Below are positions 39,699-48,425 of a stretch of 64,000 bases of DNA, one piece after another. This DNA comes from Candidatus Latescibacterota bacterium. GTDB lineage: Bacteria > Latescibacterota > UBA2968 > GCA-2709665. The DNA is taken from assembly GCA_965116875.1 (NCBI GenBank), contig OZ220733.1:4832001-4896000 (forward strand). The letters run 5' to 3'. The notes below the pieces were generated by a model, which ran no database searches, was not told the origin of the DNA, and worked only from the letters and a program-made list of their open reading frames with translations. The translations under genes were made by a program, and so were the position numbers. The stretch's first letter is position 1. The number at the start of each line of letters is the position of its first letter.

Positions 39699-40508
39699 TC
39701 AACCCGGTCTGGCATCCACCACATCCACGGATTTCAGGACGAAGACTTCCTCCAAATTGAAAAAATCGACGCTGGGACGTAACTGGACTTCCCTGAAAAG
39801 CGCCTGATCGCGTTCACCCACGCGTGAGACCATACCGATTAGAAGACCCTTGGGAAAAACACCGCCCAAACCGGAGGAGATCACCCTGTCGCCCTCTGAC
39901 ACCTCGCTGCGTACCGACACATGTCTCAGAAAAAAGTTGCCGTTTTCGCACGTCACGATGCCCGAGGTCCGTTTATCGCGCTGCACGATCGCGCTCACCC
40001 TGCAATTTCGATCCAGCAACAACTGAACCACGGAAGTGTGCGGGTGAACCTCGAGTACCCGTCCGACGAGCCCGTCCGCGGTTACCACCGGCATGCGTTT
40101 CCCCACCCCGTCCGCCGCACCCATATCCAGGAGTACCGTGTTCAGTATGCGGTTCGGGTCCCTGGCGACCACCCTTGCCACCAGGTAGATGCCTTCCGCC
40201 TTTGTACGAAAGTCGAGCAACGCTCGAAGCCTGAGATTCTCCATTCGCGCTTCACGGAGTTCCAGCAATTCGAGCGAGATGCGCAGATTCTGGTCCCGCA
40301 GAACACGATTCTCATGGCGAAGCCTGGAGAGTTCCATCGGCCATGTAAACAAACCGTGCCCGGCCTTCATCAGTCCGGTGGCGATGCCCCTTGCCATCGC
40401 CACACTTTCAGATCGGCCAAGCGCCATGAGACTGAACGACACAAGGACAGCCACGCCCAGCACGACATAGGCACGGTGCCCGCGCAAAAAAACAAACAGC
40501 CACTGCAT
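39699..40508 (-). CDS. mreC: Rod shape-determining protein MreC
   Basis: TM + coiled coil (EN.RLRALL), GLVGRV, SSGLGGVFPKGL. Confidence 0.95.
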   Translation of the reverse strand: MQWLFVFLRGHRAYVVLGVAVLVSFSLMALGRSESVAMARGIATGLMKAGHGLFTWPMELSRLRHENRVLRDQNLRISLELLELREARMENLRLRALLDFRTKAEGIYLVARVVARDPNRILNTVLLDMGAADGVGKRMPVVTADGLVGRVLEVHPHTSVVQLLLDRNCRVSAIVQRDKRTSGIVTCENGNFFLRHVSVRSEVSEGDRVISSGLGGVFPKGLLIGMVSRVGERDQALFREVQLRPSVDFFNLEEVFVLKSVDVVDARPG

Positions 40509-40530
40509 CGGTCATCCAAACCATTGTGGA

Positions 40531-41550
40531 CTACAATAGCATTTTCTGATACAGGTCGATATTCTCGAGAACACGTCCGGTACCGCGGACAACACAGGTT
40601 AGCGGGTCGTCCGCTACGATAACGGGCAGGCCCGTTTCTTCCATCAGCCTGCGATCCAGTCCGCGCAGCAGCGCCCCGCCGCCCGTGAGGATGATTCCCC
40701 TGTCCAGAATATCGGCTGCCAGTTCGGGCGGCGTCTGCTCCAGGGTCTGCCGCACGGCTTCCAGAATAGAACTCACCGTACTGTTCAGCGCCTCCCGAAT
40801 CTGCACGGAATCGATGATGATTGTCTTCGGGATAAAGGAGACCGTATCCAGGCCCCTGCACGGATGCTGGAATTCGCTGTCCAGATCGCCGGCGGAACCG
40901 ATTTCACACTTGATCTGCTCCGCGCTCCGTTCTCCGACCAGAAGGTTGTGTTTTCGTCTGAGCATTGTCATGATGGCCTGGTTCATCCCGTCGCCCGCGA
41001 TCTTTATTGATCTCGAGGTCACGATACCCGACAGGGCAATCACCGCGATTTCGGTGGTACCGCCACCGATGTCGATGACCATGGACCCCACCGCCTCTTC
41101 AACGGGCAGGCCGATACCGATGGCCGCAGCCATTGGCTCCGTAATGATATACACCTCGCGGGCGCCCGCGCGCTCCGCGGATTCCCTGACCGCCCGCATT
41201 TCAACGGCAGTCACCCCCGAAGGCACGCAGATCACGATCCGCGGGCGTACGAGAAGCCTGTTTTTCTGAACCTTGCGGATGAAATGCCGAAGCATCTCTT
41301 CCGTCACGTCGAAATCGGCGATGACACCGTTCCGCAGGGGACGTATGACATCGATATCGGGGTTCTGGCGCCCCATCATCTGCTTGGCGTGGGAGCCAAT
41401 GGCAAGTGGTTTGCGGGAATTGCGATCCAGCGCCACCACTGAAGGCTCGTCGACCACGATATTCTGCCCCTTGACATAAACCAGGGTATTGGCCGTACCC
41501 AGATCGATACCGATGTCGTTGGACAGCAGTCTGGAAAGAAAAAAAGCCAT
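40531..41550 (-). CDS. mreB: Rod shape-determining protein MreB
   Basis: IDLGTANT, EPMAAAIG, DIGGGTTE, LTGGGALL. Confidence 0.97.
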   Translation of the reverse strand: MAFFLSRLLSNDIGIDLGTANTLVYVKGQNIVVDEPSVVALDRNSRKPLAIGSHAKQMMGRQNPDIDVIRPLRNGVIADFDVTEEMLRHFIRKVQKNRLLVRPRIVICVPSGVTAVEMRAVRESAERAGAREVYIITEPMAAAIGIGLPVEEAVGSMVIDIGGGTTEIAVIALSGIVTSRSIKIAGDGMNQAIMTMLRRKHNLLVGERSAEQIKCEIGSAGDLDSEFQHPCRGLDTVSFIPKTIIIDSVQIREALNSTVSSILEAVRQTLEQTPPELAADILDRGIILTGGGALLRGLDRRLMEETGLPVIVADDPLTCVVRGTGRVLENIDLYQKMLL

Positions 41551-41567
41551 AGCGATTCGATCCCTAA

Positions 41568-41777
41568 CAGTCCGTTGATAAAGTCGCTCTGCAGGCATGC
41601 CAGTGAAGTTCTGGCAGGCAGGCGAGGCTTGGTGTTCCGCCCCGGAAATAGATTGCCATTGTGGTCGAAGACAAGGCGCGCAACCGAGTCCCATCCTGCG
41701 ATTCGGCGAGGAAGCGCAGCGAAGGTTTTCGACCGCAAGGGCCGGCCGCAGCCCGGATGGGCTTTTTCAACGGACTG
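41568..41777. mobile_element. MITE family B (210 bp), IS5-type target site
   Basis: TIRs CAGTCCGTTGATAAAG and CTTTTTCAACGGACTG (15/16); CTAA duplicated at 41564-41567 and 41778-41781; no transposase. Confidence 0.85.
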
Positions 41778-41785
41778 CTAACGGG

Positions 41786-41932
41786 TTAACCGAGCAATCG
41801 ATCTCGAACGTCGCGATATTTATCCAGGGTCTCTTCGAACCAGAACAGGGACATCTCCGTCAGAATGGCGCCTTTGCCGGGTATACCGTTGGGCGCGACA
41901 CAGTCAAATGCCGAGAATCGGTCCGCCGCCAC
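41786..41932 (-). pseudogene. purC: purC (SAICAR synthetase) remnant, 48 codons
   Basis: Translates VAADRFSAFDCVAPNGIPGKGAILTEMSLFWF-EETLDKYRDVRDRLLG*; PurC N-terminal motif joined to a PurC-like C-terminal helix. Confidence 0.8.
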
Positions 41933-41937
41933 GGACT

Positions 41938-42600
41938 CTAGTTCAGTATTCGAACCTTCCCGCCATCGACCCTGACTCTTCCCTCCGCGAACAGGCGGAT
42001 CGCTTCAGTATACAACTCGTGCTCTACGGTGAGTACCCTTCGTGCCAGGGAATCCGGCGTATCGTCGGGCGCAACGCGGATCCTTCGCTGCAGAATGATC
42101 GGACCTGTGTCGTATTCCTCGTCCACGAGATGTACGGTCGCACCGGAGACCCGTGCGCCGCTGCGAACAACGGCTTTGTGGACACGTTCCCCGTACATAC
42201 CCTTGCCACCGAATGCCGGAAGAAGCGCGGGGTGTATATTAACGATACGGTTCCTGTACATCTTGAGCGTCGCCGGGCCCAGTTTCTTCATATAGCCCGC
42301 AAGAACCACCAGGTTGACGCAGTGCGACCTGAGCGTTTCAGCGATCGCACGGTCGAGGGAACCGGGTTGCGGGTGCGTCCTCCCGCTGAGGTGAATCGCG
42401 GGAACGCCGGCCCGCCTTGCCCGGGCAAGCGCCCCGGACCTGCTATTGTTGCCGATGACAACGCCCACGCGCGCCGCGAGCCGTCCCGAAGCGCTCCGGT
42501 TGAGTATCGCCTGCAGATTCGTCCCTCCCCCCGAGGCGAGTACGCCCAGGCAATATACGGCATTCCTTCCGGGTGGGATCGCTGTTCCACGTTGCGACAC
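41938..42600 (-). CDS. purN: Phosphoribosylglycinamide formyltransferase
   Basis: SGGGTNLQAI, LAGYM, NIHPALLP, GATVHLV..YDTGPII. Confidence 0.96.
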   Translation of the reverse strand: MSQRGTAIPPGRNAVYCLGVLASGGGTNLQAILNRSASGRLAARVGVVIGNNSRSGALARARRAGVPAIHLSGRTHPQPGSLDRAIAETLRSHCVNLVVLAGYMKKLGPATLKMYRNRIVNIHPALLPAFGGKGMYGERVHKAVVRSGARVSGATVHLVDEEYDTGPIILQRRIRVAPDDTPDSLARRVLTVEHELYTEAIRLFAEGRVRVDGGKVRILN

Positions 42601-42881
42601 GGGGATTCATTCCGATGGCTGACTCTGCAACAGACGATTCGGCGGGGAAGATGTAGAAAAGCGGGAAGTCACCCGCCGGCGGGAACGGCGGCGGGACGGG
42701 GAGACAAGTGACTCGGCCATGGAAAATAAACCATTGCCCGCCCGATGTCAAGCGCTTTGCAGGCCAGGTTCAGGCGGCGGGAAAGTCAGAATCCACTTGA
42801 CAAAAAACCAGCAACATTCCTTATTTAACCCGATATATGTTAAGCACTTACTCATCTATCGCGCCACAACGGAGGTCGTCT

Positions 42882-43778
42882 TTGAATATCCGCAAAGCGG
42901 TAATCGCGGCTGCCGGCCACGGCAGCCGGATGTTGCCGGCCACCAAAGCCCTGCCAAAAGAGATGATGCCTGTCGTCGACAAACCGGCCATACAGTACAT
43001 CATCGAAGAATTGGTCGAAGCCGGCATCGAAGACATTCTGATCATCACGGGCAGGGGAAAAAGGGCGATAGAAGATCACTTCGACCGCAACGTCGAGGTC
43101 CACGACGCCCTTGCGAAGCGGGACGACCGCTCGATGCTGGCAACCCTTGAACGCATCGAACAACTTGCCGACATCCACTATCTTCGACAGAGAGAACTCC
43201 TGGGAACCGGTCACGCCGTCCTCAAAGCCCGCAGACACGTGGGCGACGAGCCGTTCGCCGTGTTATTCGGAGACGATCTGGTTGTATCCGAAACTCCGTG
43301 TATCGGCCAGTTGGCGGACGCGTATTCCAGACTCGAGGCGCCGATTCTGGCGGTTAAAGAAGTGGCGAGGGAACTTGTTGGCAGTTATGGCGTGGTCCGG
43401 GCCGAATCCATCAATGGGGCAAGCCTGGTCAAGGGCCTGGTGGAAAAACCGGATCCGGCACGGGCGCCCTCGAATCTCGCCTGCCTCGGTCGGTATATCT
43501 TCGAGCCCGACATCTTCGATTTTCTGAATCGCATCACGCCGGCCGGCAGCGGCGAGTACCAGCTCACCGATGCCATTCAACTGATGGTTCAATCCCGCCC
43601 CGTTTACGCGTGTGCGGTCGAAGGAGATTGGCACACGGTCGGCGACCTGCTCTCGTATCTTCAGACGACCGTTTCGTTCGCCCTGACCCACCCCGATATC
43701 GGCGAATCCTTCCGGGAATATCTGAAAAGAACCTGCCAGGCGCTGTCCTCAGGCGCAAGGATTTCACCCGGAGGTTGA
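42882..43778 (+). CDS. galU: UTP-glucose-1-phosphate uridylyltransferase
   Basis: KAVIAAAGHGSRMLPATKALPKEM.PVVDKP, VEKP, GEYQLTDAI; TTG start after GGAGG. Confidence 0.93.
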   Translation: MNIRKAVIAAAGHGSRMLPATKALPKEMMPVVDKPAIQYIIEELVEAGIEDILIITGRGKRAIEDHFDRNVEVHDALAKRDDRSMLATLERIEQLADIHYLRQRELLGTGHAVLKARRHVGDEPFAVLFGDDLVVSETPCIGQLADAYSRLEAPILAVKEVARELVGSYGVVRAESINGASLVKGLVEKPDPARAPSNLACLGRYIFEPDIFDFLNRITPAGSGEYQLTDAIQLMVQSRPVYACAVEGDWHTVGDLLSYLQTTVSFALTHPDIGESFREYLKRTCQALSSGARISPGG

Positions 43779-44264
43779 GCCGACCCGCGCCAGGGCAAGA
43801 ATGCCGTCGAAGTCATCCAGAATCCTGGCAGAGTGGCTGGTTATTGTACATTCCTGCCTTGCGATCCATTCCATATCCTGCCTGCTCAGGCCGTCGCGCT
43901 GCCGGAAGGCCTCCAGCTCGTCCCGGTCGAGAACCGTAAGCCGACCTGTTGGATCGAACCAGAGGTCCAGCATGAGGTCGACATAGTCCACGCGGTGATC
44001 GCCAACCTTCAGGTCCCTGCATACGTGGAAGAGATGCCCGATCAACCTGCCTTCCGGATCGCACATCTTCCACAATACAAACCCCGATCCGTGCCTGTAG
44101 AATCCGTACGTTACGGACCCGGCGTGAATCTCCAGATCCCCCACCCGTCCGGACTCCGCATTCACATATCTGAGTACGACGTAGTCACGGGCGCGCAAAA
44201 TGGATTCACAATCAAAAACGGCATCCGGTTTGTCCAGGTGCCGTTTTATCTCCCGATAATTCAT
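43764..44264 (-). CDS. DUF402 domain protein
   Basis: YVDLMLDLW...VLDRDEL motif. Confidence 0.75.
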   Translation of the reverse strand: MNYREIKRHLDKPDAVFDCESILRARDYVVLRYVNAESGRVGDLEIHAGSVTYGFYRHGSGFVLWKMCDPEGRLIGHLFHVCRDLKVGDHRVDYVDLMLDLWFDPTGRLTVLDRDELEAFRQRDGLSRQDMEWIARQECTITSHSARILDDFDGILALARVGSTSG

Positions 44265-44437
44265 TGCGGAATTGAACGAGTGAGCAGATAACAGAATAGC
44301 ATCGCCGTGCTTGCCACAAGCCAGCACGACCATTGGAGCAGTTTGGCCCGCCGCCCTTCCATTCCGGAAGAAACGGACTGACCGAGATAACACAGCAGGA
44401 ACACCAGCGAAATACCTACACCCCAGATTGTGATCAA
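44261..44437 (-). CDS. Unannotated 58-aa two-helix membrane microprotein
   Basis: AAGGAGG SD then TTG44437; MITIWGVGISLVFLLCYLGQSVSSGMEGRRAKLLQWSCWLVASTAMLFCYLLTRSIPQ; ATGA overlap with the DUF402 start. Confidence 0.6.
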   Translation of the reverse strand: MITIWGVGISLVFLLCYLGQSVSSGMEGRRAKLLQWSCWLVASTAMLFCYLLTRSIPQ

Positions 44438-44452
44438 GTAAGTTCCTCCTTG

Positions 44453-44610
44453 GAAGCTGTCTTAAAATTCCCAGCGGTCTTCGCACGGCTGCAAAAGCGC
44501 CGGTCGGCGTTGGTCAAACCCGTATAGACAAATATGGGCGAGTTTTCCCGCCTTGACCGCCACTTTTTCGCTCGCGCTCGGGAACTCACCGGTAATTTTA
44601 AAACAGCTTC
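44453..44610. mobile_element. MITE-like repeat family A, copy 2 (best-preserved TIRs)
   Basis: GAAGCTGTCTTAAAATT and AATTTTAAAACAGCTTC (16/17). Confidence 0.8.
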
Positions 44611-45354
44611 TCACTCCCTCGTCTGCGCCTCTCCCGTCATCGGAACAAAACGGACGGGTATGACCCGCTCTTTCTTCACGCCATCCCGCTCCTTGACAAG
44701 CAGCGTCAGGTATTGATTGTCGGTGCCGACGGGTATCACCATGCGCCCTCCCTCACGAAGCTGTTCGACGAGTCTCGGCGGAACATGGTCGGGCGCCGCT
44801 GTCACGATAACCGCATCGAAGGGAGCATGTTCCTCCCAACCGCGGTACCCGTCGCCGAGGCGAACGCTGATGTTGTCGTAACCCATGTCCCGGAGTCGCT
44901 CTTCCGCCTGCCGGGCAAGCGATGGCACGATTTCGATGGTATATACCTCACGCACGAGCTTTGCCAGAACGGCCGCCTGATAGCCCGACCCGGTTCCCAC
45001 CTCAAGTACGGTCTCGTCGCCCTTCAAGTTCAGCAATTCAGTCATTTTCGCCACAATATACGGCTGAGATATCGTCTGGTCTTCGCCGATAGGCAGTGCG
45101 CCGTCGTCGTATGCGCGTTCCCTGAGGTGTTCGGGCACAAACAGGTGCCGCGGCACTCCGAGCAGTGCATTCAACACGCGCCGTTCCATGATCCCACGAC
45201 GTTCGATCTGTATTTTTACCATCTTCCTGCGCATAATGAGAAACCGCGCCTCCTCATCCGCCGACACCTTCCGTCCGTCCGTTGAATCCGCGCTACATCC
45301 GGCGCAAAGCGCCAGCCAGAGCGCCGGCAATGCGGCGCTGCGTACGCCATGCAT
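44611..45354 (-). CDS. pcm: Protein-L-isoaspartate O-methyltransferase with lipoprotein-like signal peptide
   Basis: VPRHLFV, QTISQPYIVA, VLEVGTGSGYQAA, PFDAVIVTAA, FVPM; N-terminal LWLALCAGC. Confidence 0.92.
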   Translation of the reverse strand: MHGVRSAALPALWLALCAGCSADSTDGRKVSADEEARFLIMRRKMVKIQIERRGIMERRVLNALLGVPRHLFVPEHLRERAYDDGALPIGEDQTISQPYIVAKMTELLNLKGDETVLEVGTGSGYQAAVLAKLVREVYTIEIVPSLARQAEERLRDMGYDNISVRLGDGYRGWEEHAPFDAVIVTAAPDHVPPRLVEQLREGGRMVIPVGTDNQYLTLLVKERDGVKKERVIPVRFVPMTGEAQTRE

Positions 45355-45375
45355 GGTCTGAGGCCTCCATGGGGA

Positions 45376-47007
45376 TCACTTATCCTTCCTCTCCATATAT
45401 GCCTTGTCTCGATCCAGAAGCTCAGGGTTCAGCCTGTAGAACAATTCGCGGGCCTGGGGAAGCATCCTGCTCGTGACGACGAATCGTCCGTCGAGCAATA
45501 AAGAAGGATTCATCGACACGTCGATTCCCGCTCTACCCGCCGCAACCCGGGACCGCGAAGCCAGGGCATCGCCGTCGGAGGCGGCGCAGCGCCGGATGCG
45601 TTCGACGTCGATCGCCTGCTGTTTCAGACAGGCGATGTAAGATTCCTTGATCCCGTGTTTCGAGGCGCCGCGGAACACGCACATTGCAAAGGCCCGGTAC
45701 CTGTCGGGATAGATCTGCCGGACACACAAGCCGGAAAACGCGTCTTCATCCTGCCCCATCGGATGCAGGCGCAGGCGTTCCGGGGCATCGACGGCGTCCA
45801 GCCAGGACTCCAGACCTCCAACGATTCGTGCCGTCGCCGGCGACGTTCCCGCGAAGAAGAAGTCCATTCGGCCCGGGTCCGCCTTCCTGCCCATAAGGCG
45901 GGACACCGGCACGAGTACAGGCTTTGGCATAAAACTTTCGTGAATCGGATAGACGGCTTTCGCAAATCGTTGAAAACGGGCGGTTTTTGCGAAACTATGA
46001 TCGAGGATGAACGCCGGCACCCGGTCGACCTGAAACCGGTCCGCCATCCTCCTCCCCTGCCGGGAATGTACGTTGAGCGTCTGAACGTCCACGCCGGGGA
46101 ACAATTCTCGCGTGGACCGGACGAACAATTTCGGGTCGCAGAGGCCGCATCGGGTATCGTTCAAGACGGTCATCCGGAAGACAACCGGATCGCTGAATCT
46201 GCACGACGCCGCGGGCGTACCGGGGTTAACGCAGACACCCACCCGTCCCGCTGACACACAATCGCGGTCCGTTCCGCAAACCGGCACAGCAGCACAGGGC
46301 CCCGCCAGACTGTCCAGCCCGCAGATGCGGCGCGCCAGACCCTGCGTTTCGATTCCACCCTTGACCTCCACGCCGTTCACGTAAAGCGTAGGTGACGCTT
46401 TGACACCCAGTTGATTCGCCCTCCGGATATTGTCGCTGAAAAGCGTCTCGCCCTTTGTGCCAGAGGCCATTTCCGCCACCCGGTCCGCATCGATTCCCGC
46501 CCGCCCGGCGCTGGTGTGCCAATCCGGAGACTCCATGTTTTCATTTCTGTCGAGAATATAGTCGTAGAATCTGTCCGGATACAGATGCATCATCACGACC
46601 TGCCGGATTCCCTCCTCCACCTCAGCGTCGCCATGCAGACTCAGGAATCGACCGGTACCGGATACGGTGCTGGATTCGCAGGATTCACCGCGGCTGCGGA
46701 GCGGCCTGAGCGGCCCGGCCGACACGGGTTCCTTTCCGGCCTCCTGGGCGATGAAATGCAGGCGGAAATCGATGCCGTCGCCAAATGCCCTGACGGCCGG
46801 TGCGAGCGCAGCTTCCGCCCGCATCCCGTAAGGACAGTGCGCCATCACGAACAGTTCGACCTTAACGGGACCTCCGGAGTCTCCGGAGTCTCCTGCGCGA
46901 GCCCTGATTACATCGCTTCCGAAGACCTCCGCAACGGGTCCGGGAAGCCACGGCAAGAGGCCCGCCAGCACAATACCGCAGATTTCCCGCACCGCGGAAT
47001 GGTACAT
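45376..47007 (-). CDS. Exported Cys-rich multi-thioredoxin-fold protein (GILT/DsbA-like)
   Basis: VELFVMAHCPYG, SLHG.AEVEE, GVKASPTLYVNG, CGLC, Cys-rich linker; GAAGGAGG SD upstream of ATG47007. Confidence 0.65.
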   Translation of the reverse strand: MYHSAVREICGIVLAGLLPWLPGPVAEVFGSDVIRARAGDSGDSGGPVKVELFVMAHCPYGMRAEAALAPAVRAFGDGIDFRLHFIAQEAGKEPVSAGPLRPLRSRGESCESSTVSGTGRFLSLHGDAEVEEGIRQVVMMHLYPDRFYDYILDRNENMESPDWHTSAGRAGIDADRVAEMASGTKGETLFSDNIRRANQLGVKASPTLYVNGVEVKGGIETQGLARRICGLDSLAGPCAAVPVCGTDRDCVSAGRVGVCVNPGTPAASCRFSDPVVFRMTVLNDTRCGLCDPKLFVRSTRELFPGVDVQTLNVHSRQGRRMADRFQVDRVPAFILDHSFAKTARFQRFAKAVYPIHESFMPKPVLVPVSRLMGRKADPGRMDFFFAGTSPATARIVGGLESWLDAVDAPERLRLHPMGQDEDAFSGLCVRQIYPDRYRAFAMCVFRGASKHGIKESYIACLKQQAIDVERIRRCAASDGDALASRSRVAAGRAGIDVSMNPSLLLDGRFVVTSRMLPQARELFYRLNPELLDRDKAYMERKDK

Positions 47008-47111
47008 AGTGACCGCTACTCCTCCTTCTAGCCGGCTGCTGAAGTCCGGCGCCATATGGTTCCGACCGGAAAGAACAAGAAAGGCCGTCTCCGGCAGAGA
47101 GACGACCCTTG

Positions 47112-47331
47112 GAAGCTGTCCTGAAATTCCCAGCGGTTTTCGCACGGCTGCAAAAGCGCCCGCCTGCGCAGCGTACTGCGCTGCAGGCAGGCCGGTCAGC
47201 GTTGGTCATCAAATCCACCCGAATACGAGATCGAGGCTGCGCTTGCTCGCCTCTCGTCGGCGGACTTTCCCGCCTTGACCGGCCCTTTTTTGCTCGCGAT
47301 CGGGACGTACCGGAAATCCTGAAACAGTTTC
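47112..47331. mobile_element. MITE-like repeat family A, copy 3
   Basis: GAAGCTGTCCTGAAATT...GAAACAGTTTC; carries the GCCTGCGCAGCGTAyTGCGCTGCAG palindrome also present in copy 1. Confidence 0.75.
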
Positions 47332-47358
47332 AACCATTGCAACGCCTGGCCGATGACG

Positions 47359-48159
47359 TTACTTCAACAGCATCATCCGCCTGGATGCCGAGAAATTGGG
47401 GGCCTGCAGCCGGTACAGGTAGATCCCGCTGGCGACCTGCCTTCCCAATTGGTCGTTTCCATCCCAGGTTGCCGTATAGTGCCCGGATTCGTTGCGCGCG
47501 TCCACCAGAATGCGCACCTCCTGACCAAGAAGATTATATATGGACAACCTGACTTGTCCGGCCTCCGCGATCTGATACTCGATTGTTGTGGATGGGTTGA
47601 AAGGATTCGGCATATTCTGGTTCAGGGCCGTTCGGTCGGGCAACGGTTTCAAGTTCCCGATCTCTATCTGTGCAAGGATATCGATATTTCCATCGAGCCC
47701 GACGAGTACGCCTTCAGCGACCTGGAAATCCGTTGGGAGCGGGGTTTCCGTTGTTTTAAAGATGAGCTCGACGAGACCACCGTCGCCGCTGGCGCCCTCG
47801 CCGTCGACCTTCATGGCGCCGATATCCAGTTTTCCGGGCGTCCGGTTGGAGGACAGAAAGAGCGTATTCCTTTCAGACCGGGACGAGAGCAGATTGCCGT
47901 CGAGTTCCCTGGTTTCGATGAATTCGTACTTTCCCGCGTCGTAGATCAGCGAGAATCCGTACCCCTTCAGGTTTTTGGCCTGGGCAAGTGTAACGTGCAG
48001 CTTCAGGACACCGGGTTCGGCGTCCGGCGCGTCCGCCCGCTCCAGCGTCAGTCGAGCGAACGAGTTCTGACCGCCGTTAATAGTCAATCCATCGGTCATT
48101 TCTCCCGCCGAAGCGGAGCCCGCCAGAGCAAGTGCCAGAAAAACGAGAATTGTACGCAT
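47359..48159 (-). CDS. Secreted cohesin-like domain protein with T9SS type-A/FlgD-Ig C-terminal sorting domain
   Basis: Signal peptide; NLKGYGFSLIYD...GDGGLVELIF; QNMPNPFNPSTTI...WDG...SGIYLYRL...MMLLK. Confidence 0.85.
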   Translation of the reverse strand: MRTILVFLALALAGSASAGEMTDGLTINGGQNSFARLTLERADAPDAEPGVLKLHVTLAQAKNLKGYGFSLIYDAGKYEFIETRELDGNLLSSRSERNTLFLSSNRTPGKLDIGAMKVDGEGASGDGGLVELIFKTTETPLPTDFQVAEGVLVGLDGNIDILAQIEIGNLKPLPDRTALNQNMPNPFNPSTTIEYQIAEAGQVRLSIYNLLGQEVRILVDARNESGHYTATWDGNDQLGRQVASGIYLYRLQAPNFSASRRMMLLK

Positions 48160-48425
48160 ACCGCCTCCTTTCGGAGTTTGGAAAAACCTCGCCAAGAAGC
48201 CTTCTTCGTTAAATCTACGGGGTACAGCACCCCATGTCAACAGCCAAATAAGGCGATGCCGCGGAAAAAACCCTATTGAAGCAAGAAACAGTCTCCGGTA
48301 CCGCGAGACAGGCGGACGCCGCCGCCCCGATTCAGTCATGGAATCATCGAATCTTCCGGCGCATCCGGGCGAACCCGCACCGGGAAAACTCCGTCGTGCC
48401 GCGACGACGCCGGTCGGAAGCCGGC

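Noticed and set aside
41551-41694. 47-aa N-terminal extension of MreB
   Set aside because: It lies inside MITE B; the true start is ATG41550.
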